From the NCBI RefSeq assembly GCF_036971445.1, contig NC_091477.1, forward strand, positions 81,220,001 to 81,284,000: a stretch of DNA of 64,000 bases, in the 5' to 3' direction. This document shows, piece by piece, positions 22,768 through 35,699 of this stretch. Position numbers and translations under genes: made by a program. Below the pieces are notes generated by a model. The model did not search any database and was not told where the DNA came from. It saw only the letters and a list, made by a program, of their open reading frames with translations. The stretch's first letter is position 1. Every line of letters begins with the position of its first letter. The stretch comes from Narcine bancroftii. Taxonomy: Eukaryota.

Positions 22768-25356
22768 AGGAAGTACAGCTGCAGTTGCATCTTCCTGACA
22801 CCTGAGCAGATGTGTATCCAGGTTACTTGTTAAGTGGACTCCAAGGAACTTGATGCTCTCTCCACTACCAAGTTATGAATATATAATAGAGAGTAGGTGG
22901 TCATTCCTGGTCTCCTAAAGTCCACATTCATCTCCTTTGTCTTATCCACGTTGAGACTCAGGTAGTTACTTTCGCACCATATCATGAAATTTTCCACCTC
23001 TCCTCTGTAGTGTGATTCATCATTGTGCATCTGCAAACTAGATGAATCTGATGGAGCTGGATCTGGTTTTACAGAACATGAACAGGCTGAGTACATAGGC
23101 CTGAGGTGCACCAGTGTTCAGCATGATGGTGCTTGATGTTATGCTGCCAACCTGGACAGACTGTAGTCTTTCCGTTTGGAAGTCCAGAATCAAGTTACAG
23201 AGATGGCCGTTGAGTCCCAGTGAGGGCAGTTTCTCCACCAACATCTGGAGAATGATAGTATTAAATGCTGAGCTGAAATTGATGAAGAGCAGCCTGGTAT
23301 AGGAGGCGTCATTCTCCACGAGTATAAGAGTGTTGGGACAAGGGTATAGTATCATCACTACATAAAACAGTATTTAGACAGGTCAATGAGATGAGGTTAA
23401 CTAATGTTTTAGTGGTGGCAAACAGAGGGGTGCAAGTAGGGAATTTCAGAAGTTCAAGGCAAAAATTGTAATATTATGTAATTAAAACTAGATCCAGGAT
23501 AAAATTGAGTACAACAGACATCTCAGAGCTCTGTAAGGGATCAGGAAATAGGAAAACAAAAACAAAAAATCAAAACTGCCAGGACCAAAGCTATTTTTGA
23601 TATTGGTGTGATGATCTCATAATGGCACATAGTAAACCAAAAAAATATTTGGATGAACTAATTTATGAAGATAAAGAAAAGATGGAAACTTACAAGTAAA
23701 ACACTGAAATAGATGATTTCAGAGAACAAGTGGATGAGTAATGCAGGGGGAGGAAGGTGTAGAAAGAGTGTTGACCTCTGCGAATTCCCATGGTGGAACC
23801 CAGGTTGGGAAGTTGAGTACTCCATAATTGAGTTAACAAAGTGTTGAGGGAAGAACACTTCAATCTGATGGACAAGGTGATTCAGAGGGTTTCATGGGAC
23901 ACAGGACATGTACATGACTTTTTAAATGTATTATTACTTGCCAATAAAAGGAATCTTTGAACTGATTAAAGTTGCAAGACCATAATTGATGGAAATGGAA
24001 TAGACATCCACTTACTATCAAATCTCTATGTCAATGTGAGATGATTACAAAATCAGGGAATGTGTTGATCAGAAGAGGAATAAGCAGTTTATTTTCAGGT
24101 CCAGAATGACAAGAATTTGTTTAATTTTAGATTAAATTTAGTGCAGTATTAGCTTTGCAGAAGAGTATATTTATAGTCAAATTTAATAATGATTCTGAGT
24201 TTCAGCATTTGAACCTAATATTCATCCAGAAGGCAGATTATACCAGGTCATATATTTGAACTGACAACACTCTGAACCATTGCTGCAAATTCCAACAGAG
24301 GGAACATATTTGGAATGTCATGGAAAAAAAGAAACAAAAACAAATCCTATCCAAAGTCAATGCAAGGAAAAGCACAAGAGGGAACTATTTCTTGACTGGA
24401 CTCAAGGCAACAATACAGTATTGGTAATTTGCAGCAAAAAAAAAATCTGCTGGAGGAACTCGGATCGATGCTGCTCGACCCACTGGTTCCTTCATATTGT
24501 TTTTGTTCCAGATTCTAGGATCTGAAGTCTCTCGTGTGCTTTGGTAATGTGTACCTTAACTTGGGAAAAGAAAGACACTTTAACTGGCAGAGGACAACAA
24601 TGTTGAAGGCTTCCAGTCCCAAATGTTAAATATCTTTCTCCATGCAACTTTCATTTCTGTTGAGATTGTGCAAGGAAATTACTCAATAGGCACCTGTGCT
24701 TTTTTTGTCCAAATTACCATTTAAATCACACATGAGAGAGAACCACAATTAACTATCAAGCATTAATGAGTTACAACATGGCCATGGGTCTTTCCAGCCC
24801 ACTAGCCTCCACTGCCCAATACTCCCATGTAACCAATTAACCTACCAATTCCGAATGTATTTGGAATTTGGGCGGAAACTGGAGCATAATTGGTTGTGTG
24901 CAGTCTTTAAAGTGATTACATAGCAATCTAAAAAGTAGGAAATTCAAGTAATTCTTCATTTCTGAAACGCAAGAACATTGAAAATCTGAATAGCTCAGTT
25001 CAGTGGGCACAAGGAAATTCAAAATAATCCTGAGATTTTCTTTTAGTAAGAGGCAGGATTTCATAAGGATTTCCAACAAGTTTCTCTGTTGAACTTATTG
25101 TTTGACTAAAAATACACAAAATATCCATAGTGTTATGTACATAAAGGATTCTCTCTCAAAATCTAGTACCTTTATATGTATATGGTGGAACTTCAGCCCC
25201 TCTCACTTAATGCAAGATCATAATCTACAGGTAGGTTGGGAGAGAGAAAAACAAGAAATGCATCTTCTCAGACATGATTAGAAAATACAAAATATTTCTC
25301 CATAAAAATACCACTTTCTTGATCAGAAAATGGAGGAATTTGTTAAGATATAACAA

Positions 25357-25600
25357 GGGCGGCATGGTTGGCATAGCGGTTAGTGTAACATTGTTATAGC
25401 GCCAGCGATCAGGACTGGGGTTCAAAACCCATGCTGCAAGGAGTCTGTACATTCTCCCGGTGGTAGTGTGGGTTTCCCCCAGGTAGTCCAGTTTCCTCCT
25501 ACCCTTCAAAACGTATTGAGTGGGGGGGGGGGGGGGAGGTTGTAGGTCAATTGAGTGAAATTGGGCAGCACAAGTTGTTATTGTGCTGCATGTCTAAATT
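25357..25600 (+). mobile_element. tRNA-derived SINE (V-SINE-like)
   Basis: GGGCGGCATGGTTGGCATAGCGG A-box, GGTTCAAAACC B-box, core GTGGGTTTCCCCCAGGTAGTCCAGTTTCCTCC. Confidence 0.75.
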
Positions 25601-25799
25601 TTTTTTAAACATTAAACAAAATTTGTTTAACTCCCAGCAACAGAGCAGTAAGCTAATCTGGTACATATCTGGTAAATTCAGAAAAACGTATAAAATTATT
25701 TTTTATCCATGCAATTAACTCCATTATCATTTCATATGACAACTGTGGAACTGCTTCCATAGTGATTAAATGCTTTTGAGATGTTAGTTATGAAGGAAA

Positions 25800-26960
25800 T
25801 CAACTCCTGCCTCAGTTAGGATCTGAACCCACTTCAATTCACCTACTTCTACAATAGTTCAAAATAGGTCATTTCATTGCTATACAAGATCACCTGGACC
25901 AAAAGTCAGGCCATTGTGCATATACTGCAGGTCAGCATTAACATCATACCAGCAGAACTAATAATCAAACTTGGATCTGGATATCTGTTCGTCTTTACTA
26001 TTGAATCCTCTATTTCCTCATCAGAAGATCTTAATTTGTCAAGATGACCTCCTCCTTCTAATTGACCATCCACTGGTGCACCTCAAGGCTCTATGCTTTG
26101 TCTCCTGCTCGGTTCCTGCTTTTTTTCATGACTACATAGCCAAGTTCAACTCAACATAATCTATAAATTCACTGACGATACTGCCATTGTTGGGACAATA
26201 ATGGGCAATGATTAGTTAGAATATAGGCTGGAGATCAAGAATTTGGCTGTGATGTGCTAGAACAAAGTTCTTGCTTTCAGCATCAGTAAGACCAAGAAGC
26301 TGATTGTAGATTTTAGAAGGAGAGGTCAAGAGACCATGTATCTGTCTTCATTGGTAGGTTGGAGAGATCTTACAGCTTCAAATTCCTGGGTGTTCATTTA
26401 TTGGAGGACTGTTCCGGGTAAGCACATTGGGATAACCAAGGATAACCAAGCGATGACTTTTCTTTTTGTGTCTATGGAGATTTGCTTTGTCGCTTGATAA
26501 GCTACTGAATTTCTATAGGTGTCCTGTGGAAAGTATACAGGTTGTTTGTATCTGGACCTAGTTTGGAAACTTGAGTGCCCAGAAACACAGATAGCTTCAG
26601 AAAGTGGCAAACCTAGCCAAAGCATTACAATCATAAACATCGCATCAATTGAAGACATCTACCTGAGGTTTTGCCTCAAGAAACCAGCCATCCTGGTCAG
26701 AATAATTTTTTGTGCTACCTTCAGACAGAAGTCTACCACCTCCAGGTCAAGAACAGTTTTTTTTCCAAAACGTGTCAGGACTTTGAACCTTTCCGTATGA
26801 CCCTAACTGGAATACTACTCCAGAATCTGCACTGTTGTAAGATCATATTTTACACTAATTGCAAATATTATGTATTTGTTATACTACAGGTATATTTATT
26901 GTTTTTACTCTCTTGCATTAATTATTTTAGAATATTTGGCGTACCTATGCAGTTGCAGCA
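25800..26960 (+). mobile_element. Rex1/Babar LINE RT fragment (old)
   Basis: GAPQG, IYKFTDDT, SKTKKLIVDFR motifs across frames. Confidence 0.7.
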
Positions 26961-28179
26961 GTTAATTTCAAAGCATTTGTACAATTTATTAGTGTATACA
27001 AAAAACTCTCATCTCATCATGCATTTTAAAAGACTCCTAACTTGTATGGAGAAAGATACTGCATCATATAAGCCATACAAACAAGGTCCACAAAAATATT
27101 AATTGCTATTCAGGATCACAGAAGTCAGCAGATCACAGCACAGATTGTTGAAAACATCCCATTTGACTAAGTTGATGAAGGTTTTGGATGCAGCAGTGAA
27201 CCAGATTGATGAGGTCATATGTTGAGTTTCAAAAGGTATCTGACAAAAGTGAAAAATAATTGCAGGGAAAATTGAAACCCAAGGGATTAAAGGAACAGTG
27301 GCATCATAGATACAAAAACATCTACGGTACAGAGAATAAAGACTTGCACTTAAAGTTAATTTCAGAATAGTAAATTTATTTTCTCAATGATAACTTTCAC
27401 ATTATGTCCCTAAAAATTTCAAAGTGCATGGTTTATTGTATTTCAGATTTTTGTATCAATGAGCTGCTGATTTCAAAAGTAGCGGTAAGACGGCTAGATA
27501 CACGCAAAATTATAGTGTTTTATCAAACATCTTAGAAGGTGGAAAAATTTTAGAATAATAAAAAAAACATGAATTTATTTATCAATAAATGTACAGGGAG
27601 CCAAGCGTGTCACAAACTTTTATAAAAGATTATATAAACTTCAGATGGATTACTATACCCTGTTCTGGACACCACACAAAGAAATACAAGTTGCACTACT
27701 GATGAGGAACCTTAGTTACAAATGGATGTTCAAAATCATGCATGGTTTTGATATATGAAGTAAAGTGAAATTATTTCCAGATGTGAAAGAATTATCAAGC
27801 AAAGGATAAACTTTAAAAAAATCTGTTGAGATCTGTAAATCAAGGAGAGAACTCGGTCAATTGTGAAGTGCACTCAAAATCAGATAAAGACGTGGGGGTG
27901 TGGGCGAAATGCAATCCATACAGTAACCCATGTAGGCATTAAGAACCAGTAATGTTCTGTAGCAGTCTATGGCCCAGATTTCATACCTGTGTCAAAACTG
28001 CTGCCAGCCTTTACTACACCATGAATGAAAGAAAGAGATCAAGTGGAGGATAAGAGAGAAGGGGAAGAGGGAGAGGGGTTACTAAATAATCAAAGATAAT
28101 CAAAAGTAAGGAATAAAAAGAAAAAAATGACTAACACAGCACGTCACCCACACCACGTCACACATCACTGATCCCAATC

Positions 28180-28490
28180 ATTTCTCTGTTGGGAAAGTTT
28201 GTTTCATTACCCTTACTCTGAAGGGGGATAATCGTATTTGTAGACCCATATACTGCAGATAAGGTTCTCCAGGGAAATACAACTCTGCATTTCCATACAC
28301 CATTATATTTAGTTGGGAGTCAGTCTTCCACGAGACCGCTATATATTTCCTATTTACTGCCAAGACAACCTTCACAAACTGAATTTGGTATTTGGACAGT
28401 CTAAAACACATGTCAATAATGTTCTCCAGAAGGTACAATTCTAGATATTGTGAAATATCCACTGTTGTAATTTTTTTCAGAATGTCCCCC
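28180..28490 (-). mobile_element. L1 ORF2 3' fragment
   Basis: FVKVVLAVNRKYIAVSWKTDS, homologous to the L1 C-terminus at 22240-22400. Confidence 0.7.
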
Positions 28491-29594
28491 AGGTCCTCTC
28501 AGAAGCATCTCACTTGAGAGAGGGAAGGGAGAGAGGCGAGGGAAGGGGGGGGGGGGGCATGCGAGGAGATCCATGCAAGGGCGGTCCATGCGTAGGGAGG
28601 AGGGGCGCAGGAGAGAGGAGGCATGCCACAAGGGGGGGGCGCCGCAAGAGGGGGCGGGGGTGCGCCGTGAGAGGGGGAGCGCAGCCATGCAATAATCCAG
28701 TCAAGGTCAATAATTCCTTGAGCCCCTGCTGCTTTTCATTTTCTTGCATACTCATGACAAATCAATGATGTGATGAGATCCTTTGGTTTTATGAATTATT
28801 GTTGCTGTCAAGTGCAGTTAAAATACTGTTCCTCATTTCATGACTCCTCCATCTGTTTTTAAATGTATACCACACAATTAATTTTCAGCAATCTCCCGAC
28901 CTTTAATTTTACTGTAGATAAACATCTTGCATTGTGCATTGTTAAAAATGTATTTCATCTTTAATTTCATGTAAATAAGCCAACCTTTTTTATCCCACAT
29001 TCAGGTATGTCATTTAAGAATTCTTCAATGTGGTAATTTCCACTGAATACCAGAGATTGCACAGATTTAAAACTTGACACCAAAAGGGAGGGAGGGTATA
29101 GTAATCCAGGCCCCAGAATAATATCTTTATAGACAACTTTCTCTCTACTCTTAGTCACCTACTGCCAGTTCAGTCCAAATACACTATATTTTTCTTAGAT
29201 TGGCCAAACAATGGCCTTTGTGCCAGCAATTTTAAAAGAAAATGCATCATTAAGACTCCCAATTTCCAGCATAATTTGGTGAGCAACAAACAGGTTTAGA
29301 GGTTAAATAGGAAAATCAAAATCATTTGTAATTCACAGCCACAAAAACATCAAACTGAACATTTGTTTAATGATACCCAGGAACAATATCTTCATCAGCA
29401 CAATATTGTAAGTCTGCATAGAGCTTATTATCAAACTGCAAGAGGTAAAACACATTATGCCAATATCTGATCATTTCTTCCATTCTCGAATCAAGCAATT
29501 CACATGAGAGTTATTATGGCTTCTAAACATTAAATTTGTCAAATAGTAAAACAATTAGCTATCCAGCCATTTTGACATCCTGATTGTTCGACAT

Positions 29595-30086
29595 TTAAGA
29601 AATTCGGCATGTCACCGAAAACTCTCAAAAACTTCTACAGGTTGCATCACTGCTTGGTGTGGAGGCACCAACACTGAGGACAAGAATAAACTCCAAAGGA
29701 TTGTAAACTCAGCCTGCAATATCACAGGCACAAGACCTCTTCATCAAGAACATCTACATGAGGCAGTGTCTTAAAAAAGCAGCCTCTATCTTCAAAGGCC
29801 CCCACCACCTAAGCCATGCCCTCTTTACTCTGCTACCATTGGGAAAAAGGCACAGGAGCCCAAAGAAGACGAGCACTCAACAGCACAAGAACAGCTTCTT
29901 CCCTGTTGCCTTCAGATTCCTGAATAAGTGATGAACCAAAGTTGCTGCCTTACCTTTCAAGTACTAAATTTTTAAAAAATGTATAGTATGTTGTAAGATA
30001 GTTACAATATGAATGTTTGCTCTGTGACGCTGCTGCAAAACACCAATTTTCAAGACTTGTTCATGACAATAAATTCTGATTCTGAT
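29595..30086 (+). mobile_element. Rex1/Babar 3' end
   Basis: Homologous to 32250-32790; tail GACAATAAATTCTGATTCTGAT. Confidence 0.8.
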
Positions 30087-30704
30087 CTGGCACACCAGAT
30101 AATGCTTTCCACATCCCCAAATCTCACAAGTTTCCAAGCTTTCCTGAAACTTACCAAATTCAATGGAGATGTTTTTATAATGCTGTGCAACATCTTAAAA
30201 GCCAAATTAAAAGTGGGTTGGGAGCAACAGATAAACTACTGGACGACTTTAGCAGGTAAAGCATCTCTGGAGGCAAAGAGATGGTCAATGCTTTGGTTTG
30301 AGACTCGCATCAGGATAATCACAACGAATTACTGCATTTCAGCTCTGTCAAGTTTTGGAAAAGCTAATGACAGCCTCACTTCTAAATGCAGACACGATAC
30401 CAGAATTCTTTCAAATCATTTTGTGAGAACCGATATTGTAGGTTTTCGAACATAGAAAAGGTTAGGTTTCAATCAATAACAGGATAGATTTCATGTTCAT
30501 ATTTTCCTGAAATGCTTCATAGTAAGAATTTCTCAAATTAATGTAATATTTAACATCTCAGATATTCACCAAGATCATGGAAACCCAACTAATTTGTGTA
30601 CAAAAAAAATGGAAAAGTTCAGTTTCTTGATTCCAGATCAAGTTTACAGTAATTGAAGTTGAAGAAAATAGACAAAAAAAAATGGAAAAAAAAAACTTCA
30701 AGCC

Positions 30705-32790
30705 ATACCATGACCACACTTGCAGCAAGTCTGATCACCTGGCTGTACTCCTTCCTACTCCTGATGTACACAGCACCAATAGTGAAGATGGAGAAAGTGT
30801 AGTTAAAGGAGGTGGAGAAGTGTCTGTAAAACTGCTTTAAATCGGTGGACTAGAACATATTCAAGAACTCATCCATAGACTTGAATGAATATGCTCAAGG
30901 TGTCGCCAACTACATCAAGACCTGCGTGGATGAATGTGTGTCGACATGTTCATACCGGGTGTTCCCCAACCAGAAGCCCTGGATGAATCAGAGAACCTGC
31001 AGCCTGCTGAGGGAGAGAACAAGGGTGTTTAAGGATGGGGATTGAGATATTTACATCCAGGTACGACCTGCAGAAGGCCATCTCCAATAATTCCGAAGGA
31101 GGCTAGAGACAGAAAAACGCCAGCTAAGGCAGGGAGTGCAAGCCATTACAGCCTACAAAGCAAAGGCAATTGCTATAGATGGCTGTGATGCTTCACTGCC
31201 TATAAATTGAACACTTTCTATGCCCACTTTGAAAAGAAAAGCAATAGAGTGCCTACCAGAATCCCTGAAAAAGTTGAGGACCCTGTGGTATCTGTCTCTG
31301 AGGGCAACACATCATTCTATCAGAACATCATTCAAGAGGGTGAACCCTCACAAGGTGACAGATCCAGACAGTGTACCTGACAGGGTACTGAAAAACTGCA
31401 CCAACCAAGTAGTTGGTGCGTTCACAGATATTTTTAACCTCTCATTACAACAGTCGGAGGTACCAACCTGCTTTAAAAGGGCATCAATCACCCCAGTATC
31501 CAAGAAGAGCAGTGTGAGCTACCACAACGACTACCACCCAGTAGCACCAACTTCTAAGAGGCTGGTCATGGCCAGAATTAACACGTACCTACACAAAGAT
31601 CTTGACCGATTGCAGTTTGCCCATCATCACAATCTCTCCACAGCAGGTGCAATATCACTGGCCCTCCACTCAACTCTGCACCACATCAAAAACAATATTT
31701 CATATGTACGGTTTCTTTTCATCGACAACAACTTGGCCTTCAATGCTGGTCAAGAAGTTACAAACTTTTGGCCTCTGTACATCCTCTGCCACTGGATCCT
31801 TGATTTTCTCATAAGACCACAGTCAGTAAAAAATGGAAACTACGTCTCCTCCTCACTAATTATCAACACATGAGCACCCCAAGGATGTGTGCACACTCTA
31901 CACCCATGACTGAGTGGCCAGATGCAATTCCAATCCCATCTACAAGTTTGCCAATGACACCACAGTTGTTGGCAGAATGACAAATGGCAATGAAGAAGTG
32001 TACAGGAGGGAGATAGATTAGCTCGATGAATGGTGCAATATAACAACCTTGCACTCAATGTCAGCAAAACCAAGGAGATGATTGTGGACTTCAGGTGGAA
32101 GTCAGGGGAACACGACCCAGTCCTCATCGAGGGCTCAGTAGATGAGAGGGTCAAGAGCTTCAAATTTCTGGGTGTCAACATGTCCGAGGATCTGTCCTAG
32201 AGCCATCACGTTGATGCAATCACAAAGGCGGCTCGCCAGCAGCTATATTTTGTTAGACGTCTGAGGAGATTTGGCATGTCACCGGAGACTCTTACAAACT
32301 TCTATAGGTGTACCGTGGACAGTATTCAGATCGGTTGCATCACAGCTTAGTATGGAGGTGCCAACTCCTAAGACAAGAATAAAGTGCAGAAGTTTGTTAA
32401 CTTGGCCTGCAACATCACAGGCACCAGACTTCATTCCATTGGGGGACATTTACACAAGGTGTCATAAAAAAGCAGCCTCTATCCTCAAAGATCCCCACCA
32501 TCCAGGACACACCCTCTTTAACTTGCTACCATTGGGTAAAAGGTACAGGAGCTTAAAGGTGAGCACTCAGCAGCAAAAGGACACCACTTTCCCCTCTGCC
32601 ATCAAATTCCTGAAGAATCATTAGCTTTATGAACCCAAAGCAACTGTCTTGCTTCTTGTGTACTATTATCATTTATTATTTTTCCCTTACAGTGATTCAG
32701 TAAGATGGTATAAAATGAATGTACAACTGTGATGCTGCCACAAAACACCAAATTTCATGACTATTTGTGACAATAAATTCTGATTCTGAT
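30705..32790 (+). mobile_element. Rex1/Babar LINE, 5'-truncated
   Basis: FPNQKPW, FTDIFNLSLQQSEVPTCFK, YVRFLFID, KTKEMIVDFR; (ATTCTG)n tail. Confidence 0.88.
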
Positions 32791-32884
32791 GTTGCTTCCT
32801 TTGGGTATATTTCATGGATTTTGGGCCGCTGATCACGAAAATCACCTTAAAATTCTCCTATCATATATCGTTTTATTTCAGATA

Positions 32885-33817
32885 CAGACTGAGTATCCTT
32901 TATCCGAAATGCATAGGACCAGAAGTGTTTCAGATTTTGGATTTTCTCAAATTTTGGAATAATGTGTTTAGGGTAATTAAGCAGCATTGTAACATCAGCA
33001 GAATTCCTGCGTCAGCTATTGAACAACAACAAACAACGGCAGACTCTCAGTCTTCACCTACAATGCTGTGTTTTGATCAAAACGTTACAGTACACTGTGG
33101 CGGCCCTTCGGAGCTCCCCCAAGGGGCCTCACAAAATGAAGGACGATCGCGACGATCCAGCAGGCTGCACGAGGCCCGCAGCACTGCCCTCTAATTGGCC
33201 ACAACCAAAAGAGCTTAACTGGCCTATCAGGGAAAGCGGATCACAAACACAGCAATCAGTGCTGAGAGGGTTTTGACCACGCCCCTCAGCGTGAGAATAA
33301 AAGCAGGGCTGTGAGCCCAAGAAAGCTGAGTGTGTTAACTACACCCAACTGGGGTTCGTGTCATTCTTTCTGGGAACAGCGTGTGTTTTTCTAAACTAAC
33401 CTGCGTGCAGCTATAACCTCTCCTGTGCTATAGGCTCCATAGAGCCATAGCTTACAACAGTGTATTTTTTTTCCAAACGCAATATTGTTGCTGGTCATGT
33501 TACACTCAAAAAACATGGCATTTTAGGTGGAGATGAATTTCAGATTTCACATTAAAATGCTTTGTACTTACCAAAAAAAACTTGATCTCTGCTTGCAAAA
33601 GAAGATAAATGCAGCTAGAAATTCTGCTACATGGCTTTTAAAAATGTTTCCTCCAGAACCATTATAGTGAGTAATCCACCTGGGTCTGGCAGTGACAATG
33701 ACTGGTAACAAACTGGCACTAACAGAGCATCAGAGCTGCATATGGGCAAGTGAGGTGAAGTGTGGAATTTTCCACTTGTGGCATAATGTTGGTGCTCAGA
33801 ATGTTTCTGATTTCGGA
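32885..33817 (+). mobile_element. Tigger4/Zombi(MER46)-like pogo non-autonomous element
   Basis: TA|CAGACTGAGTATCCTTTATCCGAAATGC..GGACCAGAAGTGTTT 5' end and GTGTGGAATTTTCCACTTGTGGC..GTTGGTGCTCA 3' subterminal block resemble recalled Tigger4 ends; outer 3' TIR missing. Confidence 0.7.
33096..33456 (+). mobile_element. Solo LTR nested in the Tigger-like element
   Basis: TGTGGCGGC...CTTACA, TSD ACAC/ACAG, AATAAAA ~33296. Confidence 0.7.
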
Positions 33818-33952
33818 TAGAACCTATTTTTGTGATTTCCTGTATAGTGTATTGAATGCATGTTGATGCACATGTTCTTTAGGTAATAGCATAGTGAGTG
33901 CACTTAACAATAGGAGTTATTGTCTTCAGGAAGACTCAATACAGCAGAAATA

Positions 33953-34650
33953 CAAGTTGTACCTCTTTAATCTGGCGATGTTGGCCTTTGCCGGACCACA
34001 GAAAATGCCAGAAAACTGAAATTAACCCCTAAGGTAGAATAATGCTTAAAACAGGAAATATTGCTGTGGGGTCTAGGCCGTTTTGGCGGTCACAATTTGG
34101 CGCTGGACATTTTGACGCTAAGAGTAAGGCTACAACAATTTATTCACTTATTATACAGCGAGGAACGGTGTTTCAGACTGTCATGCGGTACCCTGCACTC
34201 GGGACAGAAGCTGTCGCTCTATCATGTCAAGCTGACCGACACGCACTACGGGCGCTGGAGACTTATCAGCACTTGACAGTGAGTAAGCGGCAATGGCGGA
34301 AGATGAGAGGGAACCTGTTGCTAAGCCCTTTCGGGGTAGCAGAGGCAGGATGCCCTGGGGTCGGAGACCAGACACTGCTGCCCTCATGATCCCTGATCAC
34401 CATCTGCTCCCAGTTTCTCTCTGCCACCCGATCCTCTCCACCCACCCCTGACCCCCTCTTCTCAGATACCCTGTCCTGTTGGCTAATTGACTCATTCATC
34501 AGATCTTGGTAAGCCTCCAGCACCCGTAGTGCTGTGTTGGTAAGCTTGATGTGATAGAGCGACAGCTGCTGTCCTGAGTCCAGGGTCCCGCACGACAGCT
34601 CAAAGCGCCACTCCCCACTTCATAAGTCTCATAAGTGAATAATTGAAGCT
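33953..34650. mobile_element. pogo/Tc1-like MITE remnant with long internal inverted repeat
   Basis: TA|CAAGTTGTACCTCTTTAATCTGGC start; ~130-bp inverted arms at 34140-34270 and 34505-34645. Confidence 0.55.
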
Positions 34651-34654
34651 TAAC

Positions 34655-35358
34655 TGTTTTTTTTCTAATATTTTAATTTTTTTTCCATAAATATACATAT
34701 CAAAATTTTGAAATTTTGAGGACAGATTTTTACAAAACAAAACGCCACAGCCCTTCTCCACCCGCCCCACCCCCCCCACCTACAGTATAAATCCGTACAC
34801 CATCAGGGCTTACCGTTGGGTTTTAAATAAAGAAAATCTTCACTGGGGAGAGGTCACATTTTTATAATAGCAGCACCTTTTTGTTTATTATATTTTGACC
34901 CCTATAAAGTCCAAATATAGTTTCCATATTTTTATAAATGTCATATTTGTTTTTTAAGATTGTATTTGATTTTTTTCCATAGGTATACAACTGTTCATTT
35001 CGTATTCCATCATGCTATGTGTAGAAGAGAGTTGGATTTCAAAGTAATCTTAGCACATTTTAACAAATGAAGTTTGAATTTAGTTAGTTTATTACTTATT
35101 TCAATAAAGTTGCCCAAAACATAAAGCTCCGGGTCATCTGCAAAGACTACCCTGTTATTCTTATTATTTTAGTAATATCCTGCCAGAAAGGTCTTACCTT
35201 CACACATGACCACAATGCATGTACAAATGTTCCTATTTCTATTCCACATCTAAAACACATCTCCAATATTTCCAATTTTGATTTATGTAATTTCAGTGGT
35301 GTGAGGTATAATTGGTGAAGAAAATTAAATTGTACTAATCTGTACCTTGCATTTATCA
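34655..35358 (-). mobile_element. L1 3' fragment
   Basis: INARYRLVQFNFLHQLYLTP..CFRCGIEIGTFVHALWSCVKV; T-rich tail near 34657. Confidence 0.85.
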
Positions 35359-35699
35359 AGGCAATTGGAATCCATCAATGCTGGCCAACTATTTTTGGAC
35401 ACTGACACAAGAGGCATCAGATGCTGAGTACAAATGAAAATCATTGGTAAAGCATTTTTAGGTCAGTTGAACTAATACAATGCGTCAGCATCATGATGCG
35501 ATTAAATGTACCAATAAACATTAATGTTTCCCCAATTTTCTGTGATACAGCAAATCTGAAATCAGCTTGAAGTCATCTTATAATTCCCATTTTTTTATAA
35601 AAGAAAGCAAAGCTTTTGAAAAAAATTGTTGTCCAATGAAATCAATAGACTCTGATGTTTTTGATACAGGCATGGAGCAATGAAACTTACTGCACAAAA

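Larger units (their letters stand above)
19000..23320 (-). mobile_element. Rex1/Babar LINE (decayed), split by an L1 insertion
   Basis: [51 protein letters not shown]; the halves join across the L1 TSD. Confidence 0.8.

Noticed and set aside
25357-25440. tRNA gene
   Set aside because: A/B boxes are followed by a SINE core and tail; no cloverleaf
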